The position numbers and the translations under genes were made by a program. The notes beneath the pieces are model-generated. The model worked only from the letters and a program-made list of their open reading frames with translations. It made no database searches and had not been told where the DNA came from. From the human T2T-CHM13v2.0 reference genome, Homo sapiens, in NCBI RefSeq assembly GCF_009914755.1, contig NC_060940.1: DNA of 64,000 bases; one strand, 5' to 3'. Positions 16,900-29,760 of this stretch are shown piece by piece (positions within the stretch are counted from its first letter, which is position 1; every line of letters starts with the position of its first letter).

Positions 16900-17360
16900 A
16901 TATGTCGATGAAAACAATTACCTTTTTGCCTATCAAATTTGCAAAGATTAAAGTAATTCAAGGTTCTCAGTGATGACAAAATGTGGGAAACAAATATTCT
17001 CAAACACGTTGCTGATTTGACAATTTCTCAAAATTTAAAGTGCACATACAATGTAAGCATTTAAGAAGATATCTATTAGAATACAGTTAGTGGTACCAAT
17101 ATGTTAGACTCATCTAAATGTTCCATTAAGAGGACAGTAGTTAAATAAATTACTATTGATATCACTAGCAGTTTGGAAAAAAGCAGATAGATCTATTTGT
17201 ATTGATTTTTAAATAAGGCCATTATATAGTATTAAGTGAAAAGAGTTGGAAGTCATTTCTTGTAGTGCATTACTATGATATCTTATTTGCAAATGTACTT
17301 ACATTGTGTATAAATGTATCACTAACAACAGTAATGATACCTGGATATTGAGATTTTGGG
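16900..17360 (+). mobile_element. Old L1ME-type 3' fragment
   Basis: aatgttccattaagaggacagtagttaaataaatta; tattaagtgaaaag. Confidence 0.55.
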
Positions 17361-17387
17361 ATGATTATTTTTTGAATTTTTTTCCTT

Positions 17388-17788
17388 TTTTTAAATTATA
17401 TTTTAAGTCCTGGGGTACATGTGCAGAATGTGCAGTTTTGTTACATAGGTATACACGTGCCATGGTGGTTTGCTGCACTCATCAACCCGTCATCTACATT
17501 AGGTATTTCTCCTAATGCTCTCCCTCCCCTAGCCTCCCACCCCTTGACAGGCCCTGGTGCATGACGTTCCCCTCCCTGTGTTGATATGTTCTCACTGTTC
17601 AACTCCCTCTTATGAGTGAGAACATGCAGTATTTGGTTTTCTGTTCCTGTGTTAGTTTGCTGAGAATGATGGTTTCCAGCTTCATCCATGTCTCTGCAAA
17701 GGACATGAACTCATCTTTTTTATGGCTGCATAGTATTCCATAGTGTTTATGTGCCACATTTTCTTTATGCAGTCTATCATTGATGGTC
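17388..17788 (-). mobile_element. L1PA (PA7/8-like) 3' end
   Basis: ggggtacatgtgcagaatgtgcagttttgttacataggtatacacgtgccatggtggtttgctgcac. Confidence 0.93.
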
Positions 17789-18004
17789 AAATAAAGTTTT
17801 TTTTTTTTAAAGTAGACTGACTCATTTTTCATAAGAACTTCTAAATAATTAACAAGCAAATATCCCTTTTTAAGATACAATCCTAGAGATTTTTATTTTG
17901 TTTTTAGCCAAATAAAAATTATTTACCCTTATGACTGTGCTGAAGCTTACCAATATTACTGTATTAGATTATTCTACTTCTCTGTTCTTCACTTGGATGA
18001 AATA

Positions 18005-18192
18005 CCTCCCTCTCTCCCTCTCCCTTCCCCCCTCCCTCCATTCCTCCCTTCTTTCCTTTCTTCCTTCCTTCCTAGATGGGTTATTAATATTACTAAGTTG
18101 TCTAAGCTACATTCAAACTCCTAGGCTCAAGTGTTTCTCCTGTTGGCCTCCCAAGTAGCTGTGACTACAGGCACAAGCCACTGCACCCGGCC
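18005..18192 (-). mobile_element. Alu left monomer (FLAM-like) with CT-rich tail-derived microsatellite
   Basis: ctcctaggctcaagtg...ctcccaagtagctgtgactacaggcacaagccactgcacccggcc; pyrimidine tract 18005-18073. Confidence 0.8.
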
Positions 18193-19124
18193 TATTTCTT
18201 CACTTTTAACAATTTCTGTTAAATAATTCATTTGAATTGGTTTGATGAGTTATGTTTTATGATTCTGCCTCTCTACAAAAGAGAAATACAAACTTTATGA
18301 ATGGTTGCTTTGCTGAAATTAAAGGAACCAGTCACTTTTTGAAAGTGGCAAAAAAAAAAAAGAAGAAAATATTCTTTCGGTAATTTTGTACATGATTCTG
18401 TTACAGAGCTGCCATTCCCTCATGCACAGATGAGATCTGTCTGTTTGGTTATGCATATATGACCTGAATAACATCCCCACTCTCATCTCGCCCATTTTTC
18501 TTTTATCAGCGCTTCTATTACTTCATTAAGAAACAAATTATACCATGATTATATTTAATGAACATGTCTAAGTCACTGTGTATGCAGTCACTGTGAATTT
18601 TATACCCAATCCATCTTTTCTTTTTTATTCATTTTTCTCTAAAGTCTGTATGTTTTTATAGGCTATAATCATGACTTAAATTTTATTGCTACAAAATAAT
18701 GTGTTTATCTAACTCAAAAGGGAAATCCTATAAAGGCCATATGTTACTGGCCCTAAGCCAGCATGATTTATGATAAGACAGTGCTGTTTAAATGGTTAGG
18801 AAAATAGTTTGGGAAAACAACTCAATCCAGTACTTTTAAACCTCAGTACCAAGAATGAAACAAACTCTTCTCTGAGTCATGCTGGTTATAGCACTCTATC
18901 ATACCTTCCTTCTTCTTGGTAATGAAATGTTCTTGGTTCTGTCTGGCTCTTGGTGCCTGTTCAGGTTCTACAGTAGACTCAGGGCAAACAACCTGCAACT
19001 TCAGTTTGAGATGCACTAGCTCTGTCCAAACGTCTTGGCAAATGGAAATATACACAATATTCGAGACGATTGCCTACATAACTAAGGAACCAACACATGT
19101 TTTCCTTAAAAATATCAACACTCA

Positions 19125-19534
<410 letters not shown>

Positions 19535-20539
19535 TTATGTAAGACATAGGTAAGGAAAAAAGACATTTGGAGGTGGAATTTAATCTTATGGCTACAATCA
19601 GTATTTATTTCTCCCACTTTCTTTCACATTATTAGTTACATTTTCAATTGGTAAATCATTTGAGGCTCCTTAAAAATAAGTCTTGGTGGGATTTTTAGTA
19701 AGTTACCAATGTTCTGTTCTAGTCATGAGCCTCAATAATGAGGAAGATCGTCTCTTATCTCTTCTGTTTTTTGTCTTGAATGTAATCCACATTGCTATTT
19801 ACCTTTACAAAGTAGCCTGAGACACAAACCCTTCACTAAAATTGTTGAGATAAATGAAGTTACTTTGCCCTAAGTTTCCACACAATTAAAAAAATCATTA
19901 CCTTTTTCCCCCTCAGCAGTAAGACTAAACTTTGAAAATCAGTCTCCTTCTAATAGCACCTAAGTCGACATAACAGTACATATTGTTGAGATTTAGAGTC
20001 TAGCTGTATAGAAATTGAAGTTGCCCTTAATTTGGATCTATTATTCTATCTCCAGTAATCTCTTATAATGATAACTCTGCTCTGAGTGTGCCAATATTTA
20101 TGAAGCCCTTTCAGGGATGGGTTGTTTCACTTTGCTCACTGTTTTTCTGTAAACTAAATGACATGGTGTGGCAATAAACCACTCCATAAGAATATCAATG
20201 TGTAAAGTTGATGAACTAGTAATAATAGTAAAAACAAAGAATTATATATTAATAAGACTATGGTGGACAATTTTTGAGGTCCAAGAAATGTATTTTGTGT
20301 TTGCTAAACATAATCCCATTGATGATGCGTTTTAGTATCCTATCATCAGGATACTAAAATTCAATATTCATTTATCCATCTATTTTTAAGTTTTTTCCCA
20401 GATTTCCTGAGGCATGCTTGACAATGACAAAGTGAAGATGTTTAAAATCTACAACCTGATGTTTTGATATATGGATACATTGTGAAATAATTACCACAAT
20501 CAAGCTAATCAACATATTCACCACCTTACATGGTTACCA

Positions 20540-20541
<2 letters not shown>

Positions 20542-20583
<42 letters not shown>
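20542..20583. repeat. (TG)~21 microsatellite
   Basis: Pure TG run. Confidence 0.97.
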
Positions 20584-20584
<1 letters not shown>

Positions 20585-20914
20585 TGAGAACATTTAAGAT
20601 CTACTCTTACTCTCTTATTTTGAGTATACAATACAGTTTATTACATGTAGTCACGATGCTGTACATTAGATCTCCAGAACTTATTTCTTCTTTAAAACTG
20701 AAACTTTAGACCTCTGTTTCTACCACCCTCCATACTGTGGCAACTACCATGGTACTCTCTGCTTCTATGAGTTCACTTTAAAAAAATTATAAAATTTAAA
20801 ATTTTTAAATATTTCATAAGATTATTTAATGTCATGGAAAGATGTTCACAACATATTATTATGTGAGTAATTAAGATTAACAAAACATACATATGATAAA
20901 ATAACTTTCTTTGT

Positions 20915-21240
20915 TTAGATCAAATCCACCATTTCAGCCATTTTAAAGTGTACAATTCAATAGCGTTTAGTACATTCACAATATTGTGCAACCTACACCA
21001 CCATCTGGTTCCTATTTTTATCATCTCAAAAGGAAACCCTGCACCATTTAAGCAATTATTACTTGTCATTCCCACCTCCCCACAGTCCTGGCAACTGCCA
21101 ATGCTTTCCGTCTCTGTAGATTTGCCTATTCTGGGTATTTCGTATAAATGAATCATACACTTTGAACCTTATGTGTCTGACTTCTTTCACACAGTATAAT
21201 GTATTTGAGTTTCATCCATGTCATAATACATATTAGTACT
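20915..21240 (-). mobile_element. L1MB-type 3' fragment
   Basis: ccattttaaagtgtacaattcaatagcgtttagtacattcacaatattgtgcaacc...tttgcctattctggg. Confidence 0.8.
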
Positions 21241-22774
21241 TTAGGTTTTTTAGATTCCACATATGAGTGAGATCATGCAATATTTGTCTTTCTGTGCCTG
21301 GCTTACTTCGCTCAACATAATGTCCTCCAGGTTCATTCATGATGTTGCAAATGACAGAATTTTCTTCTTTATTAAGGCTGATTAATATACCATGATATGT
21401 ATACATCACAATTTCTTTCTCCATTTATCCATACACGGACATTTACAGTATCCTCATGTCTTGGCTATTGTGAATAATGTTGCAGTGAACGTAGGAATAG
21501 AGATAACTCTTTGACATACCAAATTTATTTCCTTTGCATATATACCCAGGAGTGGGATTGCTGGGTCATATGACAGTTCTATTTTTAAAATTTTGACACA
21601 CATCCATGCTGTCTTCTCTAATGTCTGTATCAATTGACATTCCCACCAGCAGTGTAAAAGGGCTCCTTTCCCTCCACACTTGTTATCTTTTCAGTAATAG
21701 CCATTCTAAAAGGTGTGAGATGATATCTTATTGTGGTTTTAATTTGCATTTTTCTAATGATTAGTGATGTTGAACAATTTTTCAGATGCTTGTTGATCAC
21801 TTGTATGTGTTCTTTTGAGAAATATCTATTCCCAAATCCTTTGCTCATTTTTTATTCTGGCTGTTTGTTTTCTTGCTATTGAGTTGTTTGAGTTTCCTAC
21901 ATGTTTTGGGTATTAACTCTTCATCAGATCCCTGACTTGTAAATATTCTTATGCATACTGTAGGTTGTCTCTTACTCTGTTGATTGTTTCCTTTGCTCTG
22001 CAGAAGCTTTTAAATTTGGTAGTTTTGTCTACTTTTACTTTTGTTGCCTGTGCTTTGGGGTCATATACATAAAGTCTGTGCCAAGACCAATGTTATGAGC
22101 TTTTCATCTCTGTTTTCTCCTACTAGAGAGAATGTCAAGTCTCACATTTAAATATTTAATATATTTTGAGTTGATTTTGTATATTGTATGGGATAATGGT
22201 ACAATTTCATTCTTTTGCATGTAGATATTCAGTTTTCCCACCATTCACTGAAGAGACTATCCTTTTCTCATTGTGTAGTTTTGGCACCTTTGTCCAAGAT
22301 AAATTGACCACAAACGTGTAATTTAAATTTATTTCTGGACTTTCTATTCTGTTCCATCGTTCTATGTCTGTATTTATGCCAGTACCATACTATTTTGATT
22401 GCTACAATTTTGTACTATATTTTGAAGTCAGGCAGCATGATGTACCAGCAACTTTGTTCTTCTTCATAAAGATTTCTTTGGCTATTCAGGGTCTTTTATG
22501 ACTACACATTAATTTTATTTTTTTTTCTATTTCTGTGAATAATGCCATTGGAATTTTGGTAGAGATTGCATCAAATCTTTAGATTGCTTTGGGTAGTATG
22601 AAAATTTTAACAATATCAATTATTTTGGTTCATAAACATGGGATAGCTTTTTGTTTATCTGTGTTTTCTTCAATTTTATTAATCAATATTTTGTAATTTT
22701 TAGTGTGTGGGTATTTTACCTCCTTGGTTAAATTTATTCATAAACATTTTATTTTTATTTCCTTTCTTCCCTCA

Positions 22775-23770
22775 GGTTTATTAAGGTGTAATTGAAAAAA
22801 ATTGTATATATTTACAGTGTACATGATATTTTGTTATATGTACACATTGTAAAATGATTAAGTCAATCTAATTAACATACCTATCACCTCATACTATTTT
22901 AGTGTTGAGAGCATTGAAGACTTAATCTCCTAGCATTTTAAAATCATGTATTGCCTTATTATTAACTATAGTCACCATACTGGTACAATAGATCTACAGA
23001 ATTTCTCTATCCTGTCTAACTGAAACTGTACTCTTTAACTAACATCTCCCCATTTTCTTTTCCTTTTCTCTCCCCAGCCCCTGGCAACTACCATTCTACT
23101 TTCTGTTTCTATTGGTCCAACTTTTTTAGATTCCACAAGTGTGAGATAATGGTCCATTTTCACTCTTTTGCATGTAGATTCCATAAGTGTGAGATAATGG
23201 TCCAATTTCACTCTTCTGCATGTAGATATTCAGGCTAACCCTAACCCTAACCCTAACCCTGACCTTAATTCTAACTCTAACCCTGACCCATGCAGTATTT
23301 CTCTTCCTGTGACTGGCTTATTTCACTTAGCATATGCCGTCCAGGTTCATACGCATTATCATAAATGACAGGATCTTTTCTTAAAAAGCTGAATAGCATT
23401 CCAGTGTGTGCGTGTGTTTGTGTGTGTATGTGTGTGTCTATGTATGTATGTATAATATTTTCTTTGTTCATTCATCTGTTGATGAGCACTTAGGCTCATT
23501 TCACATCTTGGCTATTATGAATTATGCTGCAATAAACATGGGAGTGCAGACATCTCCTTGACATACTGATTTCAGTTCCTTTGAATATATACCCAGAAAT
23601 GGGATTGCTGAATCATATGGTATTTCTATTTTTAATTTTTTGAGGGAACCCCTATATTATTTTTCATAATAGATGTACTAATTTACATTTCTATCAACGG
23701 TTTACCAGGGTTCCCTTTTTCCACATCCTTGCCAACAGTTATAATCTGTTGTCTTTTTGATAATAGACAT
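22775..23770 (-). mobile_element. L1MA-type 3' end
   Basis: ttattaaggtgtaattg...gtacacattgtaaaatgattaagtcaatctaattaac...tatacccagaaatgggattgctg. Confidence 0.88.
23235..23288 (-). repeat. Short interstitial telomeric sequence, 9 in-phase CCCTAA-type hexamers
   Basis: CTAACC x4, CTGACC, TTAATT, CTAACT, CTAACC, CTGACC. Confidence 0.9.
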
Positions 23771-23789
23771 TACTTCTACCCATTTGTTG

Positions 23790-24250
23790 AATTAAATATT
23801 TATTGGTCATCTATTATATGTCAGGCATCATGCTCAGTGAAATAGACACATACATGTGTAGGAGAACCATAATTGTCCACAGGAGCTCAAAGCACTGCGG
23901 GAAACCAACATGGAATCTGTAGGCTTTAATGAAGCCTGGCAAGGACAGCCATAGAGATGTGCATGGGGTATTAGTGGAGCCCTAAGAGAAAGCATGACTC
24001 AACCTGGGTTTGGTCTGAGATGCTTCCCCAGAGAATCGACAAATAATATGCATCTTCTAGGCTTAGTGAGAGAGAGTCAGCAAAATGGATAGGGAAACTT
24101 CTTATCCAAGGAAGCCAAAGGGGAACAATAGCCTTGGGCTAGGGATGAGCAGAAAGGGAAATAGGTAACCAGTCGTGTTTCCTATAACAGGTGGTGGGAG
24201 GCAGGGAAGAGGATGGCAGTGAAGTAGAGGAACGTGGGACCTTGAGCATT
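23790..24250 (-). mobile_element. L2 fragment
   Basis: aaatatttattggtcatctattatatgtcaggcatcatgct...caggagctca. Confidence 0.65.
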
Positions 24251-25240
24251 AAGTCAATGTTAGTATCTTATCAGTGTGTATAGGAGGGAATTTTTCCCTA
24301 ATAGCATGCATTACTCTTTTTAAAAACAGCTTTTTGAGTTATAATTACTCCTGATAATTCTCTTTAGCTAAAATACCATATTTTGACACTAATACTCTAG
24401 TTACTTCCTTTTGAAAATATGCCTTTTTTCAGGAGAATATTCAGCCCGTGCAAGATATAGGCTCAGTTAATTCAAATTTTAAATTCTGTATAAGTGCGGT
24501 CCACTACACTCCCTCTGGGTCACTTGGTATCACAGTAAGACTTATGAGTAGCTTTTGCAAGCAACCTACAAAGAATTTTATTTTTCTCTCTTTCTCTGTC
24601 CCCCTCCTTGTCCTTCTCTGACACACATGCACACACACACTCCTAGGTCCCATATGATTTCTGCTTCCATGCTACACTCATTTCTGCTGTTAATGGTGCT
24701 ATGATATTTGCTGTCCATGGTGCTGTGCAGTTGACCTCTCATCCCTAGCTGTGCAGACTCCTGTACTTAGCGGGGCCAGGCACACCACTTGCAGCATTCT
24801 ACCTTGCACTGGCTCTTGTTTCCCTTCAGCACTTCCCACCCTCAGTCATACTTTGTGACATCAGAGAGGTTCTCCATCTTTTTTCCCTTGGCTCATCTAA
24901 TGAAGATTCCACTCACATCCATTCACCCTTCTCCTCATACTCCCCTTTCAAGCTCTACTTCTTTGACAATTTCTATGCTCCATCATTCATGTGCAACAAA
25001 GCCTAGAGGAGAAGTTATTGTCATCTCCTATTTCCAGAAATACCTTCAAATTCCAGTGTAATTTCCTTAAGTGTTTTTTGGTCCATCTTGAGTGAGAAGG
25101 TACTTCCCATATGGTTCTTGTTCTCTTCTCAAAGGCTGGTTTGCAAACCCTGCTCTGTCAGCTCTCTTCCTCTTCCCGTGGGTAGCTTTGGGATATGGTG
25201 GTAGTGATGGGAGGAGGGCAATTCGTGAAAGCACATTTGA

Positions 25241-25530
<290 letters not shown>

Positions 25531-26574
25531 AATTTGATAAACTTTTAATGTCCAAGCTGTTATTTCTTCTTTAAACTAGGGTGGCATATCTGGAATTCGG
25601 AAGTGGGATTTTCAAACTCAGAAGTTAAAGGCCTCTGCATAATAATCCATCTCATTTCTGCTTAGGGCGAGAAAGGGGCCAAAAGCTCATCAGTGAATAT
25701 CCGAGTATCCAAAAGGATAAGTTTTGATGATACTTCCCACCACCATCACATCATTAATAACAAGTATATAAAAAAGTGTTAATAATATATAATTCAAAGT
25801 ATTCAAAGTGACTTGGCCTTTCTCCATTCTAAAGGAGGATTTAAGGATACAATATCTTATTTAGCACAAATAAGAAAACTCCAGTAAACTTTCATAGCGG
25901 ATGACATTGGTAGGCAAGAAAATGTTTGAGAAGGAGCTATTGACTGTCAACCCTCAAAGTTCTTGAGAACATAAAGCTAGTAAGGAAGTTATTATGATAG
26001 ACCAAATGAGGGATAATGAACCAGAACAATGAGAGAGATATTGAGAATGGATTAGAATAAAAACCATCTTGTTAATAGAATTAAAGAATTTGTAGATGTT
26101 TTGTAGTGGTGAGAGAACACTGATTTCAACAATGATGTATGGATTTCTAACTGGACATAGCAGTGATCCTATGAACTAAGATAGGAACAAATAACACTGA
26201 AGAGGATTTTGGAGGGTTAGATGTTGAGTTTAGTTGACTCCAGTCTAGTCAACTATGGAGGCTTTAGACATAGTTTAAAATACCTTTTTAGAGTTCAGAA
26301 AAAATTTCAGATATGTACATTTTCTGATTATAGAACACTGTTGAAAAGATTTATATAAAAAGTGAAAATTGGGTAGAAGTGAGACGAAAATAGGGGAAAA
26401 GCACATCTTTAGGAAAAGAAGAGTGTTAGGGGAAGCTGCAAGAAGGAAGTCTAAAATGAGGTGAAAGAGGATTGGAAAGACAGAAGGCAGGTGATGTTCA
26501 AGGAAGGAATAGTGTGATGTTTGGCTGCTGAATGGACAAATAGAATAAGGAGGAAGAAGAGGAAAAAGTAATTT

Positions 26575-27587
26575 CTTAAACTTTTATTTTAGGTTCAGGG
26601 GTACAAGTGCAGGTTTGTTATATAGGTAAACTCATGTGTAGGTGTGTTATATAGGTAAGCTCATGTGCAGGTTTGTTACATAGGTAAACTCATGTGCGGG
26701 TTTGTTATATAGGTAAGCTCATGTGCAGGTTTGTTATATAGGTAAACTCATGTGCAGGTTTGTTATATAGGTAAACTCATGTGCAGGTTTGTTACATAGG
26801 TAAACTCATGTGCAGGTTTGTTATACAGGTAAATTCATGTGCAGATTTGTTATATAGGTAAACTCATGTGCAGGTTTGTTATATAGGTAAACTCATGTGC
26901 ACGTTTGTTATATAGGTAAACTCATGTGCAGACTTGTTATATAGGTAAACTCGTGCAGGTTTGTTACATAGGCAAACTCATGTGCAGGTTTGTTATATAG
27001 GTAAACTCATGTCACAGGGGTTTGTTGTACACATTATTTTATCATCCAGGTATTAAGTCTAGTACCCATTGGTTATTTTTTCTGATCCTCTCTCTCCTGC
27101 CACCCTCCACCCTCTGGTAGGCCCCTGGGTCTGTTGTTCCCCTCTATGTGTCCATGTGTTTTCATCATTTAGTTCGCACTTACAAATGAGGACATGCAGT
27201 GTTTGGTTTTCTGTTCCTGTGTTAGTTTGCTAAGGATAATAACCTCCAGCTCCTTCCATAGTTCTTCAAAGGACATGATCTTGTTATTTTGTATAGCTGC
27301 ATAGTATTCCATGGTGTATAAGTACCACACTTTCTTTATCTGGTATACCCTTGATGTGCATTTAGGTTGATTCTATGTCTTTGCTATTATTAATAGTGCT
27401 GCAATGAACAGATGCATGCCTGTGTCCTTATGATAGAACGATTTATATTCCTTTGGTTATATTCCCAGTAATAGAATTTCTGGATTAAATGGTACTTCTG
27501 TTTTTTGCTCTTTGAGGAATCACCACACTGCTTTCCACAATCATTGAACTAATTTACACTGCCACCAACAGTGTATAAGCATTCCTT
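26575..27587 (-). mobile_element. L1PB-type 3' end containing an expanded minisatellite
   Basis: ttttattttaggttcaggggtaca...; TSD GGAAAAAGT(A/G)ATTT at 26561-26574 and 27588-27601. Confidence 0.92.
26604..27007. repeat. Minisatellite, 14 x 29 bp (CATGTGCAGGTTTGTTATATAGGTAAACT)
   Basis: Head-to-tail copies, 0-3 substitutions each, one unit lacking AT; 404 bp. Confidence 0.97.
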
Positions 27588-29064
27588 GGAAAAAGTGATT
27601 TATATTGGGAGGTGTTATTTTACCCAAAAGAAGTTATAGTAGAGTGATGAGAATCATACATAAATAAAAATTCGGCTTGTGGTAATGTAGAGGAATGAAT
27701 GATGGTGTAGTAGTTAGAAGCAGTATATAATATTTAAGGCATCTGATGGTGGATTGAAATACTGAGATAGCTTGAGGAAAGATTGTGATGTGTGCGTAAT
27801 TTAAAGGGCTGTTTCAGTTTTGTTTTGTTTGGATCAGAAATCAAGTCAACGTTCAAAAATATTATTATCTTGTACTTATATAATATAAACGTAGTCATAT
27901 CCCATGTTCTTCAGATATTTAAAGTTCTTCACATACCTTTGGTAAACTTCAGGAGCACAGCTTGTGTATTGAAGGGGAATGATTCATGACTGCTGGGTGC
28001 TCAGTGAAGCGGCTTCCTCCAAGAGGCAAAGCGTCTCCTTCTGGCAGAGCTTACAGACTTTGTTAAAAATAGACTTCTTCTGTTCCTTGGAAAATGCTCA
28101 TAGAGAGATGTTTATAAGAGAATTTTGAAAATGTTCTATTGAAGATGTATTTAGTTAAGAACATGTCAAACTCTCAAAAATTCAATGTAAATATCCATTT
28201 TTTTCCACTCATGTGAGGGACAAGAAATGGGTGAAATGGAAATAGAATGTATTACTCTGGCTCATTTTTTTTTCTTTTACCATATTAACTTTCATTCCCA
28301 GTCCTTTCTGGTAAAAGCATGATTTTTAAAATTACCTTTCCAATACAAAAAATCACTTTGTAAATAAGATCAGAACATTCAGTCCACAGGGGAAAGCATG
28401 AAGAAAATGAAGCAATTGTATCTTCTTATTCGTCTTGGTATTGAAGATCCCAGTGATTTAATAACCCTCAAAGTACATTTAGGTTTATTTCATATCAAAG
28501 CCAAATAATATTGTTTGCCAATCGTTACTTTAAAAAGGAATCTTGTATTCAGTTAGAAATGAAGTAATTTCTTTCTTTGAATGAGTAGAATTAAGTTGGA
28601 GGTGATTTTGATGTTATTGAGGAGGCCTTAATCACACTGTCTATTTAAGCTGTTTATACAGATCATTTCATGAGAATGCCTAAGGGATGTCTTTCCAACC
28701 TTCATTACTACATATTTGGGAGAATATTAGATCTTAATAGCAAGGCATGTAGATCCATTTTTACTAGCATTTTTTAAAACCTGGGATTTAATTTCAGGAT
28801 TTAATCTAATTTTTTTCTTGAATTGTTCATTTCTTTGCACAGTGATGAAGTGTGAGCCATGTCTTTTAAGGAAACTTCCTAATTCTTCAGTACTGTGTGG
28901 CTACGTAAACCTACATTCAGATAAAAATTAAAAAGGAGTTGCAGTTAACAGAGGATTTCTCTCACCACACCATTTTTATTGAAGATAAAATTTAAGCCAG
29001 AATATAGAAGAAAACATAGTCCAGATGCAAAGATATTTAGAAAAGATAATAAGTAAAGATAATA

Positions 29065-29280
29065 ATAATCACTGGGACTTACAGAGCTCATACCATCTGT
29101 CAGGCATTGCTCCAATGCTGTGCATTTATTTTATTATTTTTTTCTCTCAGGAATTGTATAAGATAAACACTATTGTTATCCCCAAAGGCACAGAGAAGTT
29201 ATGTAACTTAAATAAAGTCACATAACTGGTGAGAATTGAGTTCAGAATCAACACTCAAGCAGTCTGAGTTCAGAGCTATA
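29065..29280 (-). mobile_element. MIR
   Basis: aggcacagagaagttatgtaactt...aagtcacataactggt...caagcagtctgagttcagagc. Confidence 0.8.
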
Positions 29281-29529
29281 GCTGATTCTCAAAAATACCC
29301 CTCAAATAATGTATTTCACTGGTCAACAACTGTTAGCACCAATAATTTATTTTTAAATGTAATGAAAAATTTTGGAAATCCACACAAATGAAGAAATAGC
29401 TAATAACTTACTAGCTGTAATATTTTATATAAATCCATCTCACAAATTTATTTTAGTAGAGTCAGTTCATAATGTAAACTTTAAGATATGTTTTCCTTGT
29501 GTTTTCTTGACTATTCTAAGTATTCTTTC

Positions 29530-29760
29530 TTTATCCTAATTCAAATCATTAATAAAAATGCTGAATAGGACTGGGCTAGACGGAGTCCCCTATCATAAAT
29601 TATAAATGTCACTCACGGTGGAAATCAATCCACCAGTTTGGATGAATGATAGAAAAACTAAAATTGAAAGTCATTAAAGAGTATGAAGTCCACATTTCAC
29701 CATTTTACCAGTTTAAACTGAAAGGTTTTGTCAAATGTCTTGGTGAAATTCAAATACCCA
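29530..29760 (-). mobile_element. L3/CR1 fragment
   Basis: tcaaatcattaataaaaatgctgaataggactgggc and ttgtcaaatgtcttggtgaaattca resemble antisense CR1 RT region. Confidence 0.65.

Larger units (their letters stand above)
20385..22760 (-). mobile_element. L1MA8/9-like 3'UTR and ORF2, interrupted at ~20780-21244
   Basis: tgatgttttgatatatggatacattgtgaaataattaccacaatcaagc; resumes ttagattccacatatgagtgagatcatgc; ORF2 antisense to ~22750. Confidence 0.88.

Noticed and set aside
23223-23240. TERC-derived sequence flanking the telomeric tract
   Set aside because: The flank matches L1 ORF2, not the TERC sequence next to its template as I recall it.
26604-27007. 29-bp repeats as a CRISPR array
   Set aside because: Head-to-tail with no spacers, derived from L1 3'UTR, eukaryotic context, no cas genes.
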